Below, one piece after another: positions 9,674 to 22,096 of a stretch of 61,278 nt of DNA. The notes beneath the pieces were generated by a model. It had not been told where the DNA came from, did not search any database, and saw only the letters and a program-made list of their open reading frames with translations. Both the position numbers and the translations under genes were made by a program. Position 1 is the first letter of the stretch. Each line of letters opens with the position of its first letter. The DNA comes from an uncultured Selenomonas sp. (GTDB taxonomy: Bacteria; Bacillota; Negativicutes; Selenomonadales; Selenomonadaceae), in NCBI GenBank assembly GCA_905234515.1, contig CAJOIN010000004.1, positions 1,027 through 62,304 on the forward strand, written 5' to 3'.

Positions 9674-11038
9674 CTAGCCTTCCGCAGGTTTTTCTTCCTG
9701 CCGGGAAAGGCCGGCCCAGCCCTTGACCGTAAGGCGGGTCCTCAACTCCACTATAAAGGTAGTACCCTTGCCCAATGCGCTTTCGATGCGAATGCTGCCC
9801 TTGTGCAGGTTCACTATCTCCTGGGCTATAGCAAGGCCCAAGCCATTGCCGCCCATTTCCCTGGAGCGGGCTTTGTCCACCCGGTAAAACCGGTCAAAAA
9901 TCTTTTCCTGATCCTCAGGGGCAATGCCAATACCTGTGTCCGCCACAGCAAATTTCACCCGTCCCCTTTCTGCCTTCAGCAGGGACACGGTCACGGTTCC
10001 TTCCTCCTGGGTGTACTTTACGGCATTGTCCACCAAAATCAGAATCAGCTGGCGGATTTTTTGCTCGTCTGCCTGGATTTCCGTCTTTTCCAGATTATAG
10101 GTATTAAGGGTGATATGCTTCTGGTCGGCCAGGGGCTGCATAAGCCTGGAAGTCTGCTCCAAGAGACCTGACAAGTCAAATTTCTGCAGCTTCAGCTTCA
10201 GCGCCTTGTTGTCGCTGCGGGCCACCACCAAGAGGTCGCTGACCAGCTTGGTCATCTTCTTGACCTCATCCCGCACATCCTCAATGACCTGTTTCAAAAA
10301 AGGCGATTGGATGCTGGGATCATTCTGCAGGAGCTCCGCCGAGGCCATAACCACAGCCAAGGGAGTGCGCAGCTCATGGGAAGCATCTGCAGCAAACTGC
10401 CGCTGCTTTTCATAGGCCGCCTTCAAGGGAACCATGGCCTTGCCTGAGAGGATATGTCCCACGGCGGTGGCGATGAGCAAGGCCACCACTCCCACAATAG
10501 CCAGGGCATAGGTGGACTTTTCCATGCCGTTATACATGGCGGTAACATCCTTGCCCACATATACGGTCTGGCCGGTTCTGGCACCGTTCCAGGTTCCTGA
10601 CACATGCTTGGCCGTCATCATAATCTTGCTGACATGGCCATTCTCCCCTGACTTGGTATAGACGGAAACTTCTCCCTCAGGCAGGTTCCAATCCTGCATG
10701 ACATCCAGTATAAAGGGCTCAATCCTGAAGGAGGCCCTGGAAAAATTCAACAGCCTGCCATCTCCGTCAAAGACATAGAAAAACAGCCTGTCATTGGTGC
10801 TCTTGTACACCACGCTGTCATCTATCACCAGTTCAGGATGCTGGTTCATGTAGTTCTGGGCATCGCTGACATTTTCCGCGGTATCAAGGAGCTCCCTGGC
10901 CTGCTCAGAGGTAATGGACCATTCCATGGAACGGTGCATCACAAAGAGTATCAGCACCAAAAAGACTATCATAACCAGGGAATAAAGCATGGTCAGACGC
11001 TGGCGGCTGCGCCCAAAAAGATTCTCCGCTATGGCCAT
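9674..11038 (-). CDS. sensor histidine kinase (HisKA + HATPase_c, 2 TM)
   Basis: DASHELRTPL H-box, DNAVKY, DTGIG, GNGLGL; TGATG overlap with the regulator. Confidence 0.95.
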   Translation of the reverse strand: MAIAENLFGRSRQRLTMLYSLVMIVFLVLILFVMHRSMEWSITSEQARELLDTAENVSDAQNYMNQHPELVIDDSVVYKSTNDRLFFYVFDGDGRLLNFSRASFRIEPFILDVMQDWNLPEGEVSVYTKSGENGHVSKIMMTAKHVSGTWNGARTGQTVYVGKDVTAMYNGMEKSTYALAIVGVVALLIATAVGHILSGKAMVPLKAAYEKQRQFAADASHELRTPLAVVMASAELLQNDPSIQSPFLKQVIEDVRDEVKKMTKLVSDLLVVARSDNKALKLKLQKFDLSGLLEQTSRLMQPLADQKHITLNTYNLEKTEIQADEQKIRQLILILVDNAVKYTQEEGTVTVSLLKAERGRVKFAVADTGIGIAPEDQEKIFDRFYRVDKARSREMGGNGLGLAIAQEIVNLHKGSIRIESALGKGTTFIVELRTRLTVKGWAGLSRQEEKPAEG

Positions 11039-11715
11039 CAGGCACCAGCCTCCAGCTTATATCCTACCCCGCGCACAGTCTTGATGACAGACTGGCCGTC
11101 ACCGATATCCAGCTTCTTGCGCAGGATTTTCATGTAAGAGTCAATGTTGTTGGAGCTCACATCTGATTCCAGTCCCCAAATGCGGTCCAGGATAATATCC
11201 CTGGGCACCACAATGCCAATATTCTGGGCCAGCAGGTCGAAAATCTGGAACTCCCTGGGGGAAAGCTGGATGACCTGATCCTTTTTCTTCAGCACCTTGG
11301 CAGTACGGTTCAAGGTAAAGGCTCCCACCTCCACCACATCCTGCTGTATCTTCTGGGTGCTGCGGCGTCCCAAAGCCCGAAGGCGGGCCAAAAGCTCGGC
11401 AAACTCGAAGGGCTTCACCAGGTAATCATCTGCCCCGGCATCCAAGCCCGTCACCCGATCCTCCACAGAATCCCGAGCGGTGAGCATCAGGATGGCCCGC
11501 TCATAGCCATCCTTTCTCAGCCGTGCACAGGCATCCACGCCGCTTTCCCCGGGCATCATCCAATCAAGCACCAAAATATCATAGTCCGCATACATGGCAT
11601 ACTCATAGATATCGCTGCCATTGGTTATCCATTCCACCTGTATATTGTTCTGTTCCAGCATGTACTGAATCAGCTTGCCTAAACGCTTGTCATCCTCTGC
11701 CAATAAAACCCGCAT
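11038..11715 (-). CDS. OmpR/PhoB-family response regulator
   Basis: LLAEDD, LDWMMP, GADDYLVKPF, TVRGVGY. Confidence 0.95.
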   Translation of the reverse strand: MRVLLAEDDKRLGKLIQYMLEQNNIQVEWITNGSDIYEYAMYADYDILVLDWMMPGESGVDACARLRKDGYERAILMLTARDSVEDRVTGLDAGADDYLVKPFEFAELLARLRALGRRSTQKIQQDVVEVGAFTLNRTAKVLKKKDQVIQLSPREFQIFDLLAQNIGIVVPRDIILDRIWGLESDVSSNNIDSYMKILRKKLDIGDGQSVIKTVRGVGYKLEAGA

Positions 11716-11840
11716 TTTACCAGCCTCCCAGTAGTCAATTCCCTTATGCGGCATATATCATAAATTTTACATAGATTTCGTTCAACACCATATATTATAA
11801 ACTATTGACAGCCATCAAACTTGAAATTCTAATGAAAGAA

Positions 11841-11862
11841 AAGAGCACCCGCAGGTGCTCTT
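11841..11862 (-). terminator. terminator after guaB
   Basis: aagagcacc cgca ggtgctctt with T-tract on the minus strand. Confidence 0.7.
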
Positions 11863-11880
11863 GCAAAAATCAGTATGCTT

Positions 11881-13371
11881 TTAGTCGCGTCCCAGCTGGT
11901 CGCGCTTGATGACGTCATGGGCGCCGCCCTCCACGATGGAGGTAGCGGAAACCAGGGTCAGACGAGCCTTGTCACGGAACTCAGGCAGGGAGAGGGCGCC
12001 GCAGTTGCACATGGTGGAACGAATCTTGGCCGTGGTGGTCATGACATTGTCCTTCAAAGTGCCTGCATAGGGAACGTAGGAATCCACGCCCTCCTCAAAG
12101 GAAAGCTTCTTGGCGCCACCCAAATCGTAACGCTGCCAGTTGCGGGCGCGGTTGGAGCCTTCGCCCCAATACTCCTTGTAGTAGTTGCCATTGAGCTTAA
12201 TCTTGGCCGTGGGGCTCTCGTCAAAGCGGGAGAAGTAACGGCCCAGCATCAGGAAGTCAGCGCCCATGGCCAAAGCCAGGGTCATGTGGTAGTCATGGAC
12301 GATACCGCCATCGGAGCAGACAGGGATATAGATGCCAGTCTCCTCATAGTACTCGTCGCGTGCCTTGCAAACGTCGATGAGAGCCGTAGCCTGGCCGCGG
12401 CCAATGCCCTTAGTCTCACGGGTGATGCAGATGGAACCGCCGCCGATACCGACCTTGATGAAATCAGCCCCGGCCTCAGCCAGGAAGCGGAAACCGTCAG
12501 CATCAACTACGTTGCCGGCGCCCACCTTCACATCCTCACCGAAGTTCTCATGGATGTACTTCAGGGTGATGCGCTGCCACTCGGAGAAGCCCTCGGAGGA
12601 GTCGATACAGAGGACGTCTGCACCTGCCTTCAAGAGAGCAGGCACACGCTCAGCATAGTCGCGGGTGTTGATGCCGGCACCTACAATGTAGCGCTTGCCC
12701 TTGTCCAAAAGCTCGAACTTGTTTTCCTTGCTGTCAGTATAATCCTTACGGAACACCATGTAGCGCAGACGCTGCTGCTTGTCCACCAGGGGCAGCATAT
12801 TCAGCTTGTGCTCCCAGATAAGGTCGTTGGCCTGGGAGAGGGTGGTAGTGTCTGCATCGGCACAAATGAGTTTTTCGAAGGGGGTCATAAAAGTGCCAGC
12901 CTGGGTGTCCAGACTCATGCGGGAAATGCGATAGTCACGGCTGGTGATGACGAGATCACCTTCTTTATTACGGAGCGTATGACCATTTCTATTAAGGATG
13001 TTCTTGATACAGATGGACTGTCAGCAAGTAGTGGTGGTTTTGATATTGGAGTCGGAGCTTACAAAACCGGATTTGTAGCTCTTGACCCGGGCCACCATGG
13101 CTGCCTCTTCCTCAATGGTCTGGGAACCATAGATAAAGGAAATGCCGCCCTCCTTGGCCAGGGCGATAGCCATGGTATCATTGGAAACGGACTGCATGAT
13201 GGCAGACGTCATGGGGATGTTCATGGAGAGCTTGGGTTCCTCGCCCTTCCTGAACTTCACCAGCGGCGTGCGGAGCGACACATTCGCCGGGATACACTGC
13301 TCAGAAGAATAGCCCGGTACCAAAAGGTACTCCCCGAACGTATGTGATGGTTCCTTGAAATAGAATGCCAA
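11881..13371 (-). CDS. guaB: IMP dehydrogenase, interrupted by an in-frame TGA (13021-13023) inside a ~90-bp garbled segment
   Basis: N-part [16 protein letters not shown]...SAIMQSVS; C-part [14 protein letters not shown] (catalytic Cys), SDGG, YWGEGS; both parts in the same frame. Confidence 0.92.
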
Positions 13372-13573
13372 CGTAACCCCTTCTTTCTTTAGCACTTGGA
13401 AAATATATTTTTAAAAGCTTAACATAGGGTATGACACATGTCAATCGGAAGGTTAAAATATGGTTTACAAGATTACATTTTAAGAATAAAATGCTTGAAA
13501 ATAATTCCAAGCAAGGGTCATCCTTCCCCAACAAATACAAAAGGGACACCAGTCAAACCAGTGTCCCCCTAAA

Positions 13574-14725
13574 TCACAATCTCATCTTAAAATCATCGTA
13601 GCCGAAAGAACGGACTGTCTCCCACTCCCCCGACTCCTTTACTGCCACAATGGCAGGCAGGGGCATGCCATTGAAGGTGTTGTTCTTCACCATGGAGTAA
13701 ATAGCCATGTCCCCAAAGACCACCCTGCTGCCTTCCTTCAGCGGAGCATCAAAGGAATACTCCCCTATGATGTCCCCTGCCAGGCAGGTGGGGCCGCCAA
13801 AGCGGTAGGTATAAGCCTTCTCCCGGGGCAGACCGCTGCCCAGCACCGGGGGCCGGTAGGGCATCTCCAGCACATCGGGCATGTGGCAGGCTGCCGAAGT
13901 GTCCAAAATAATATTCTGCACACCATCCGGCTGCAAAGGCTGCACCTCCAGCACCTCTGACACCAGAAAGCCCGCATTAAGGGCCACAGCTTCGCCAGGC
14001 TCCAGGTAAACAACCACACCGTATGCCTCCTGCAGATGGCGTATGCATTTTTTCAGCAGCTCCAGATTATAGCCCTCTTTGGTAATGTGATGGCCGCCCC
14101 CCAGGTTCACCCATTTGACCTGGGAAAGAAGCCAGCCGAATTTTTCCTCCACTGCCTGTAAGGTTTCATAAAGAGGCTCCGCCCCCTGCTCGCAGAGGGT
14201 ATGGAAGTGCAGGCCCTCCAGGCCTGCCAGCTCCTCCTCATGACCCTGCAGCTCAGAGAGCCTCGCGCCCAGGCGGGAGCCGGGGGCACAGGGGTCATAG
14301 ATGGGCTCGTCCTGGGTAGAGTGCTCCGGGTTTATGCGCAGGCCGCAGGACACCCCCGCCCCCATAGCCATTTTCCCAAACTTTCGCCACTGGGCCAGGG
14401 AGTTAAAGGAAAGATGGTCACAGATTTTGACCAGCTCTGCCATTTCTGCCTCTTTATAGGCAGGAGAGAACACATGGTTCTCCTTCCCCATTTCCTCCTG
14501 CCCCAGCCTGGCCTCATAAAGACCGCTGGCAGTGGTACCGGAAAGGTACCTGCCTATCAGGGGATAGAAATGGTACATGGAAAAGCATTTCTGGGCCAGC
14601 AGGATATGTACACCGGTTTCCCTGCATAGACCCTCAAGTATCTCCAGATTACGGCGCAGCAGCCTCTCATCTATCACATAGCTGGGAGTGGGCACCTGGA
14701 GCCATTCCGGCCTCATGGCCTCCAT
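13574..14725 (-). CDS. nspC: carboxy(nor)spermidine decarboxylase
   Basis: LLAQKCF, GLHFHTLCEQ, LGGGHHIT, CHMPDVLEMPY, TCLAGD, KNNTFNG. Confidence 0.95.
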   Translation of the reverse strand: MEAMRPEWLQVPTPSYVIDERLLRRNLEILEGLCRETGVHILLAQKCFSMYHFYPLIGRYLSGTTASGLYEARLGQEEMGKENHVFSPAYKEAEMAELVKICDHLSFNSLAQWRKFGKMAMGAGVSCGLRINPEHSTQDEPIYDPCAPGSRLGARLSELQGHEEELAGLEGLHFHTLCEQGAEPLYETLQAVEEKFGWLLSQVKWVNLGGGHHITKEGYNLELLKKCIRHLQEAYGVVVYLEPGEAVALNAGFLVSEVLEVQPLQPDGVQNIILDTSAACHMPDVLEMPYRPPVLGSGLPREKAYTYRFGGPTCLAGDIIGEYSFDAPLKEGSRVVFGDMAIYSMVKNNTFNGMPLPAIVAVKESGEWETVRSFGYDDFKMRL

Positions 14726-15924
14726 CAGTCAACCAGCTCCGGATTGAAGCTTTCCTGCCAGGGCAGGCCCCACTTATTGAGAGCCTCCATAAAGGGATCC
14801 GGGTCAAATTCCTCGATGTTGAAGACGCCGGGGCCTTTCCAGGTGCCGTTCATGATGAGCATGGCGCCAATCATGGCAGGCACGCCAGTGGTGTAGGAAA
14901 TGGCCTGAGAGCCTACTTCCTTATAGCATTCCTGATGGTCGCAGACGTTGTATAGATAGTAAGTCTTGTCCTTGCCGTCCTTCTTGCCCCGGAAGATGCA
15001 GCCGATGTTTGTCTTGCCCACAGTACGGGGGCCCAGGCTTGCGGGATCCGGCAACACAGCTTTCAGGAACTGCAGAGGAACTATCTGCTGGCCGTTGTAC
15101 TCAATGGGCTCAATGGAGGTCATGCCCACATTCTCCAGACACTTCAAGTGGGTCAAATAGCTCTGGCCAAAGGTCATGAAGAAGCGGATGCGCTTGATGC
15201 CGGGAATGTTCAGTCCCAAAGATTCAAGTTCCTCATGGTGCAGCAGATACATATCCTTTGGTCCCACTTCCGGGAAGTTGTAGACCCGCTTGATTTCCAT
15301 GGGCTCTGTCTCAATCCACTTGCCCTCCTCCCAGTAGCTGCCCTTGGCAGATACCTCGCGGATGTTTATCTCAGGATTGAAGTTGGTAGCAAAGGGATAG
15401 CCATGATCACCGGCGTTGCAGTCCAAAATGTCGATGTAGTTAATCTCATCAAAATGATGCTTCAGGGCATAAGCAGAGAAAACTCCCGTCACACCAGGGT
15501 CAAAGCCGGAGCCAAGGAGAGCTGTAAGGCCTGCTTCCTTGAACTTCTCACGATAGGCCCACTGCCATTTGTACTCAAACTTGGCCGTGTCCTCGGGCTC
15601 ATAGTTGGCCGTATCCACATAGTGAACCCCTGCAGCCAGGCAGGCATCCATGATGTGCAGGTCCTGATAAGGCAGGGCCAGGTTCAGCACCACATCCGGC
15701 TGGAACTTCTTGATAAGGGCCGTCAGCTCTTCCACGTTGTCAGCATCCACCTGGGCGGTCTGAATTTTCGTCTTTCCCCCAGCCAGCTTCTCCGCCAGGG
15801 CATCGCACTTGCTCTTGGTGCGTGAAGCAATCATGATTTCCTCAAAGGCCTCAGAATTCTGGCAGCACTTATGAATGGCCACACTTGCCACGCCGCCACA
15901 GCCGATAATCATCGCTCTTCCCAT
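14725..15924 (-). CDS. carboxy(nor)spermidine dehydrogenase (saccharopine dehydrogenase family)
   Basis: GCGGV, LALPYQD, GFDPG, FATNFNPEINIRE, HEELESL; translationally coupled to nspC. Confidence 0.92.
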   Translation of the reverse strand: MGRAMIIGCGGVASVAIHKCCQNSEAFEEIMIASRTKSKCDALAEKLAGGKTKIQTAQVDADNVEELTALIKKFQPDVVLNLALPYQDLHIMDACLAAGVHYVDTANYEPEDTAKFEYKWQWAYREKFKEAGLTALLGSGFDPGVTGVFSAYALKHHFDEINYIDILDCNAGDHGYPFATNFNPEINIREVSAKGSYWEEGKWIETEPMEIKRVYNFPEVGPKDMYLLHHEELESLGLNIPGIKRIRFFMTFGQSYLTHLKCLENVGMTSIEPIEYNGQQIVPLQFLKAVLPDPASLGPRTVGKTNIGCIFRGKKDGKDKTYYLYNVCDHQECYKEVGSQAISYTTGVPAMIGAMLIMNGTWKGPGVFNIEEFDPDPFMEALNKWGLPWQESFNPELVD

Positions 15925-16216
15925 TAAACTACCTCCTATTGTTTTATCTGACTATTTTATTTTACCTGCAAAGGGCCCGCCTTGGCAAGACTTCTCCCAC
16001 TGCACACGAAAACCGGCAGCCTCTGACGGGTGCGTCCACCTGCCCGGCTGCCAGTCTTCCATTATGCTATTTTTTCTTCTCATCTCTGCCATAGGGATCG
16101 CTACTTACGGGCCCATCGGACGTCCCTCCTTTGCGCTCAAGCTATCAATCCACGGCAAGAGCCCGCTTCCCTTCGGCTAGCATTACCATTCCCGGTCAGC
16201 ACAGCTCTTATCTGTT
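15925..16216 (-). promoter_or_regulatory. long structured 5' leader (candidate attenuator) of the polyamine operon
   Basis: Several hand-found stems, terminator-like hairpin at 16009-16056, uORF at 16105-16116. Confidence 0.55.
16105..16116 (-). other. mini uORF ATG GGC CCG TAA (Met-Gly-Pro-stop)
   Basis: AAGGAGG at 16125-16131, 8 nt before the ATG. Confidence 0.45.
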
Positions 16217-16222
16217 GTAACT

Positions 16223-16251
16223 ATGTTAACAGAGATTGAAGAGAATGTCAA
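16223..16251 (-). promoter_or_regulatory. sigma-A promoter for the polyamine operon
   Basis: TTGACA-17-TAACAT with TG extension. Confidence 0.7.
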
Positions 16252-16368
16252 TAATTTTTAGACTCTTCCACTTCTTTTGTCCCCTGCTGCAAACATATCA
16301 AAGATAATAATTAATTACATATAACAAAAAAACCTTGCAGAAAACATCTGCAAGGTCTGATTTCAAAA

Positions 16369-16445
16369 TGGTCGGAGCGGCGGGATTTGAACCCACGGCC
16401 TCTTCCACCCCAAGGAAGCGCGCTACCAAACTGCGCTACGCCCCG
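16369..16445 (-). tRNA. tRNA-Pro(GGG)
   Basis: CGGGGCGTAGCGCAGTTTGGTAGCGC...anticodon GGG...GGTTCAAATCC...CCA; own TTGACA/TATAAT promoter and downstream hairpin. Confidence 0.97.
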
Positions 16446-16595
16446 ACGACATGAAGTATTATAGCACTCCTATCTTTCCCATGTCAACAACTAAATTGAC
16501 ATTTTCTGCACTTTTTTTGAAAAAATTTTCTAAGACAAGAAAAGCTCTCCCCCTGGAGCCCCTCAGGCCCTATACGGAGGAGAGCTTTTTCACTC

Positions 16596-17060
16596 TTAGT
16601 TCTGGTCCACAGCTATATCAAGTTCTACTATGTGCCCGCTTAAATCCATCTCCACAGTCAGATACTGGGAATCACTGATTTTCACCTGGAAATCCTTGCC
16701 TATGGACAGGGAGGGCGTGGAAATATCCACTTCAAAGCCCATGCCTGTAAGATTGGTAGCGGCATTGGCCGTCAGCATATTGCTCATTTCAGAGATAGCG
16801 CTCTGGGCCATAGCATCAAATTCTGCTACGGGCATGCCCATCATCATGGTGGAGGCGATGAACTTGGCCGTCTCCTCTTCCATGTTATAAACTATATTGC
16901 CACGAATCTGCTTGGTGAAGCCCACCACCACAGATACTCCCAAGCCAACTGCATTCTGGTCACGAACGTAGAGTTTGGCCCTTTTGGGCTCCGGGAAACC
17001 AATCTGAGGCATAACTGTGGTGAATGCATCAACGAAAGGATTTACTAATTTCGCGTCCAT
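16596..17060 (-). CDS. cheX: CheX-family phosphatase
   Basis: LVNPF, VGFT..G, SAISEMSNM, DISTPS. Confidence 0.88.
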   Translation of the reverse strand: MDAKLVNPFVDAFTTVMPQIGFPEPKRAKLYVRDQNAVGLGVSVVVGFTKQIRGNIVYNMEEETAKFIASTMMMGMPVAEFDAMAQSAISEMSNMLTANAATNLTGMGFEVDISTPSLSIGKDFQVKISDSQYLTVEMDLSGHIVELDIAVDQN

Positions 17061-17064
17061 ACTA

Positions 17065-17931
17065 TCATTCTCCTTCCGCAAAGCCAATATTCATCTTGAT
17101 ATTGCCAATACGGGTCTTGGCAACAACACGGAAGGTCGTTAGCTTCGGACTGGCAATGCGTATATTCCTGCCCGTAATGGTGCCGGGCGGCGTAATGCGC
17201 ATTTCTTTGTCCTTGAACACATCATTGATATTGGAAACGCCCCTGCCCACAATGATATTGGCCGCTTCCTCCACCGACTCGCTGGCTTCTTCATCGCCAA
17301 CACTTTCCGCACCTTCTTCGTCAAGCATAATCTTGGCGAAATTTCTCATGGTCTCCGTCTCCATATAGACGATAGCCCTGCCAGTTGGAGTCCCCGTCAA
17401 GCCGATGATGACTGCCACACCAGATACCTCAAGGAATCTGCGTTCATCAAGGCCCAGCTCGACCTCATCGCTATGAACGCCCAGCAGGGTAAAAATCCCC
17501 TGCTGCAACGCCCGCAGAAACGGCTTGGCATAAGACTCCCTAAGGACGGCCACTTTTCCTGCCTTGTTCTGGCAGAGAATCATCAGGGTATCAAGCAGCT
17601 CATTGGGACTGACAGGCTTCTGCAGGAAAGCGCTGATGCCCTCTTCGCGTCCCCTGGCCACCAGGCTGGCATCCTTCATGGCACTAATCATAACAATCTT
17701 TGCCTCGGGATCCATCGCGCGGATGCGACGGGTACACTCGATACCGTCAGCATCAGGCAGGTTCATGTCCATGGTGACAACAGCCGGGCTATGCTCCTCA
17801 TACATCTTGACCGCCTCGGCAGCATCCTTGGCCATGGCTACAACCTCAAAGTTAGTCTTGGATAATGTCCTCTCCAGCATGGCTCGACTGACCTTGGAAT
17901 CATCGACAACCATTACTTTGACTTTCTCCAC
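17065..17931 (-). CDS. CheY-like receiver domain fused to a CheX-like domain
   Basis: VVDDS, TMDMNLP, ISAM, QKP; C-terminal IIGLTG..GR, EEAANII, ITPP. Confidence 0.88.
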   Translation of the reverse strand: MEKVKVMVVDDSKVSRAMLERTLSKTNFEVVAMAKDAAEAVKMYEEHSPAVVTMDMNLPDADGIECTRRIRAMDPEAKIVMISAMKDASLVARGREEGISAFLQKPVSPNELLDTLMILCQNKAGKVAVLRESYAKPFLRALQQGIFTLLGVHSDEVELGLDERRFLEVSGVAVIIGLTGTPTGRAIVYMETETMRNFAKIMLDEEGAESVGDEEASESVEEAANIIVGRGVSNINDVFKDKEMRITPPGTITGRNIRIASPKLTTFRVVAKTRIGNIKMNIGFAEGE

Positions 17932-18010
17932 AAGGGCTCACCTACTTCTCTATGAATTTGCAACTGCTTCAAACTAAACTTCTAGGTACTCTCAACAATA
18001 TTTTCAGATA

Positions 18011-18040
18011 CATTTCGCTATCCAAGTCTAAAATCCCTGC
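18011..18040 (-). promoter_or_regulatory. putative sigma-H-like promoter
   Basis: gcagggattttagacttggatagcgaaat. Confidence 0.45.
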
Positions 18041-18074
18041 CTGCAAAATAAATATTTATCTGCTCCTGCTTAAA

Positions 18075-18118
18075 TAAAAAAATGTCCCACAGAGAGCAAC
18101 TCACTCTCTGTGGGACAA
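18075..18118 (-). terminator. terminator after rpoC
   Basis: tgtcccacagagag/ctctctgtgggaca stem plus T-tract. Confidence 0.85.
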
Positions 18119-18137
18119 TCATATTTTATTTCAGCAA

Positions 18138-22096
<3,959 letters not shown>

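Noticed and set aside
13021-13026. Cys-TGA in guaB as selenocysteine or readthrough
   Set aside because: Not at the catalytic Cys, no evident SECIS hairpin, and the surrounding sequence is garbled.
15990-16216. Polyamine leader as a T-box, SRP, 6S, glycine or lysine riboswitch
   Set aside because: Only fragmentary resemblance; lacks UGGNACC, the SRP CAGG..GGAAGGAAGCAGC core and the other invariant motifs.
16369-16445. tRNA-Pro as an integration site
   Set aside because: No integrase and no duplicated tRNA 3' end seen in the window.
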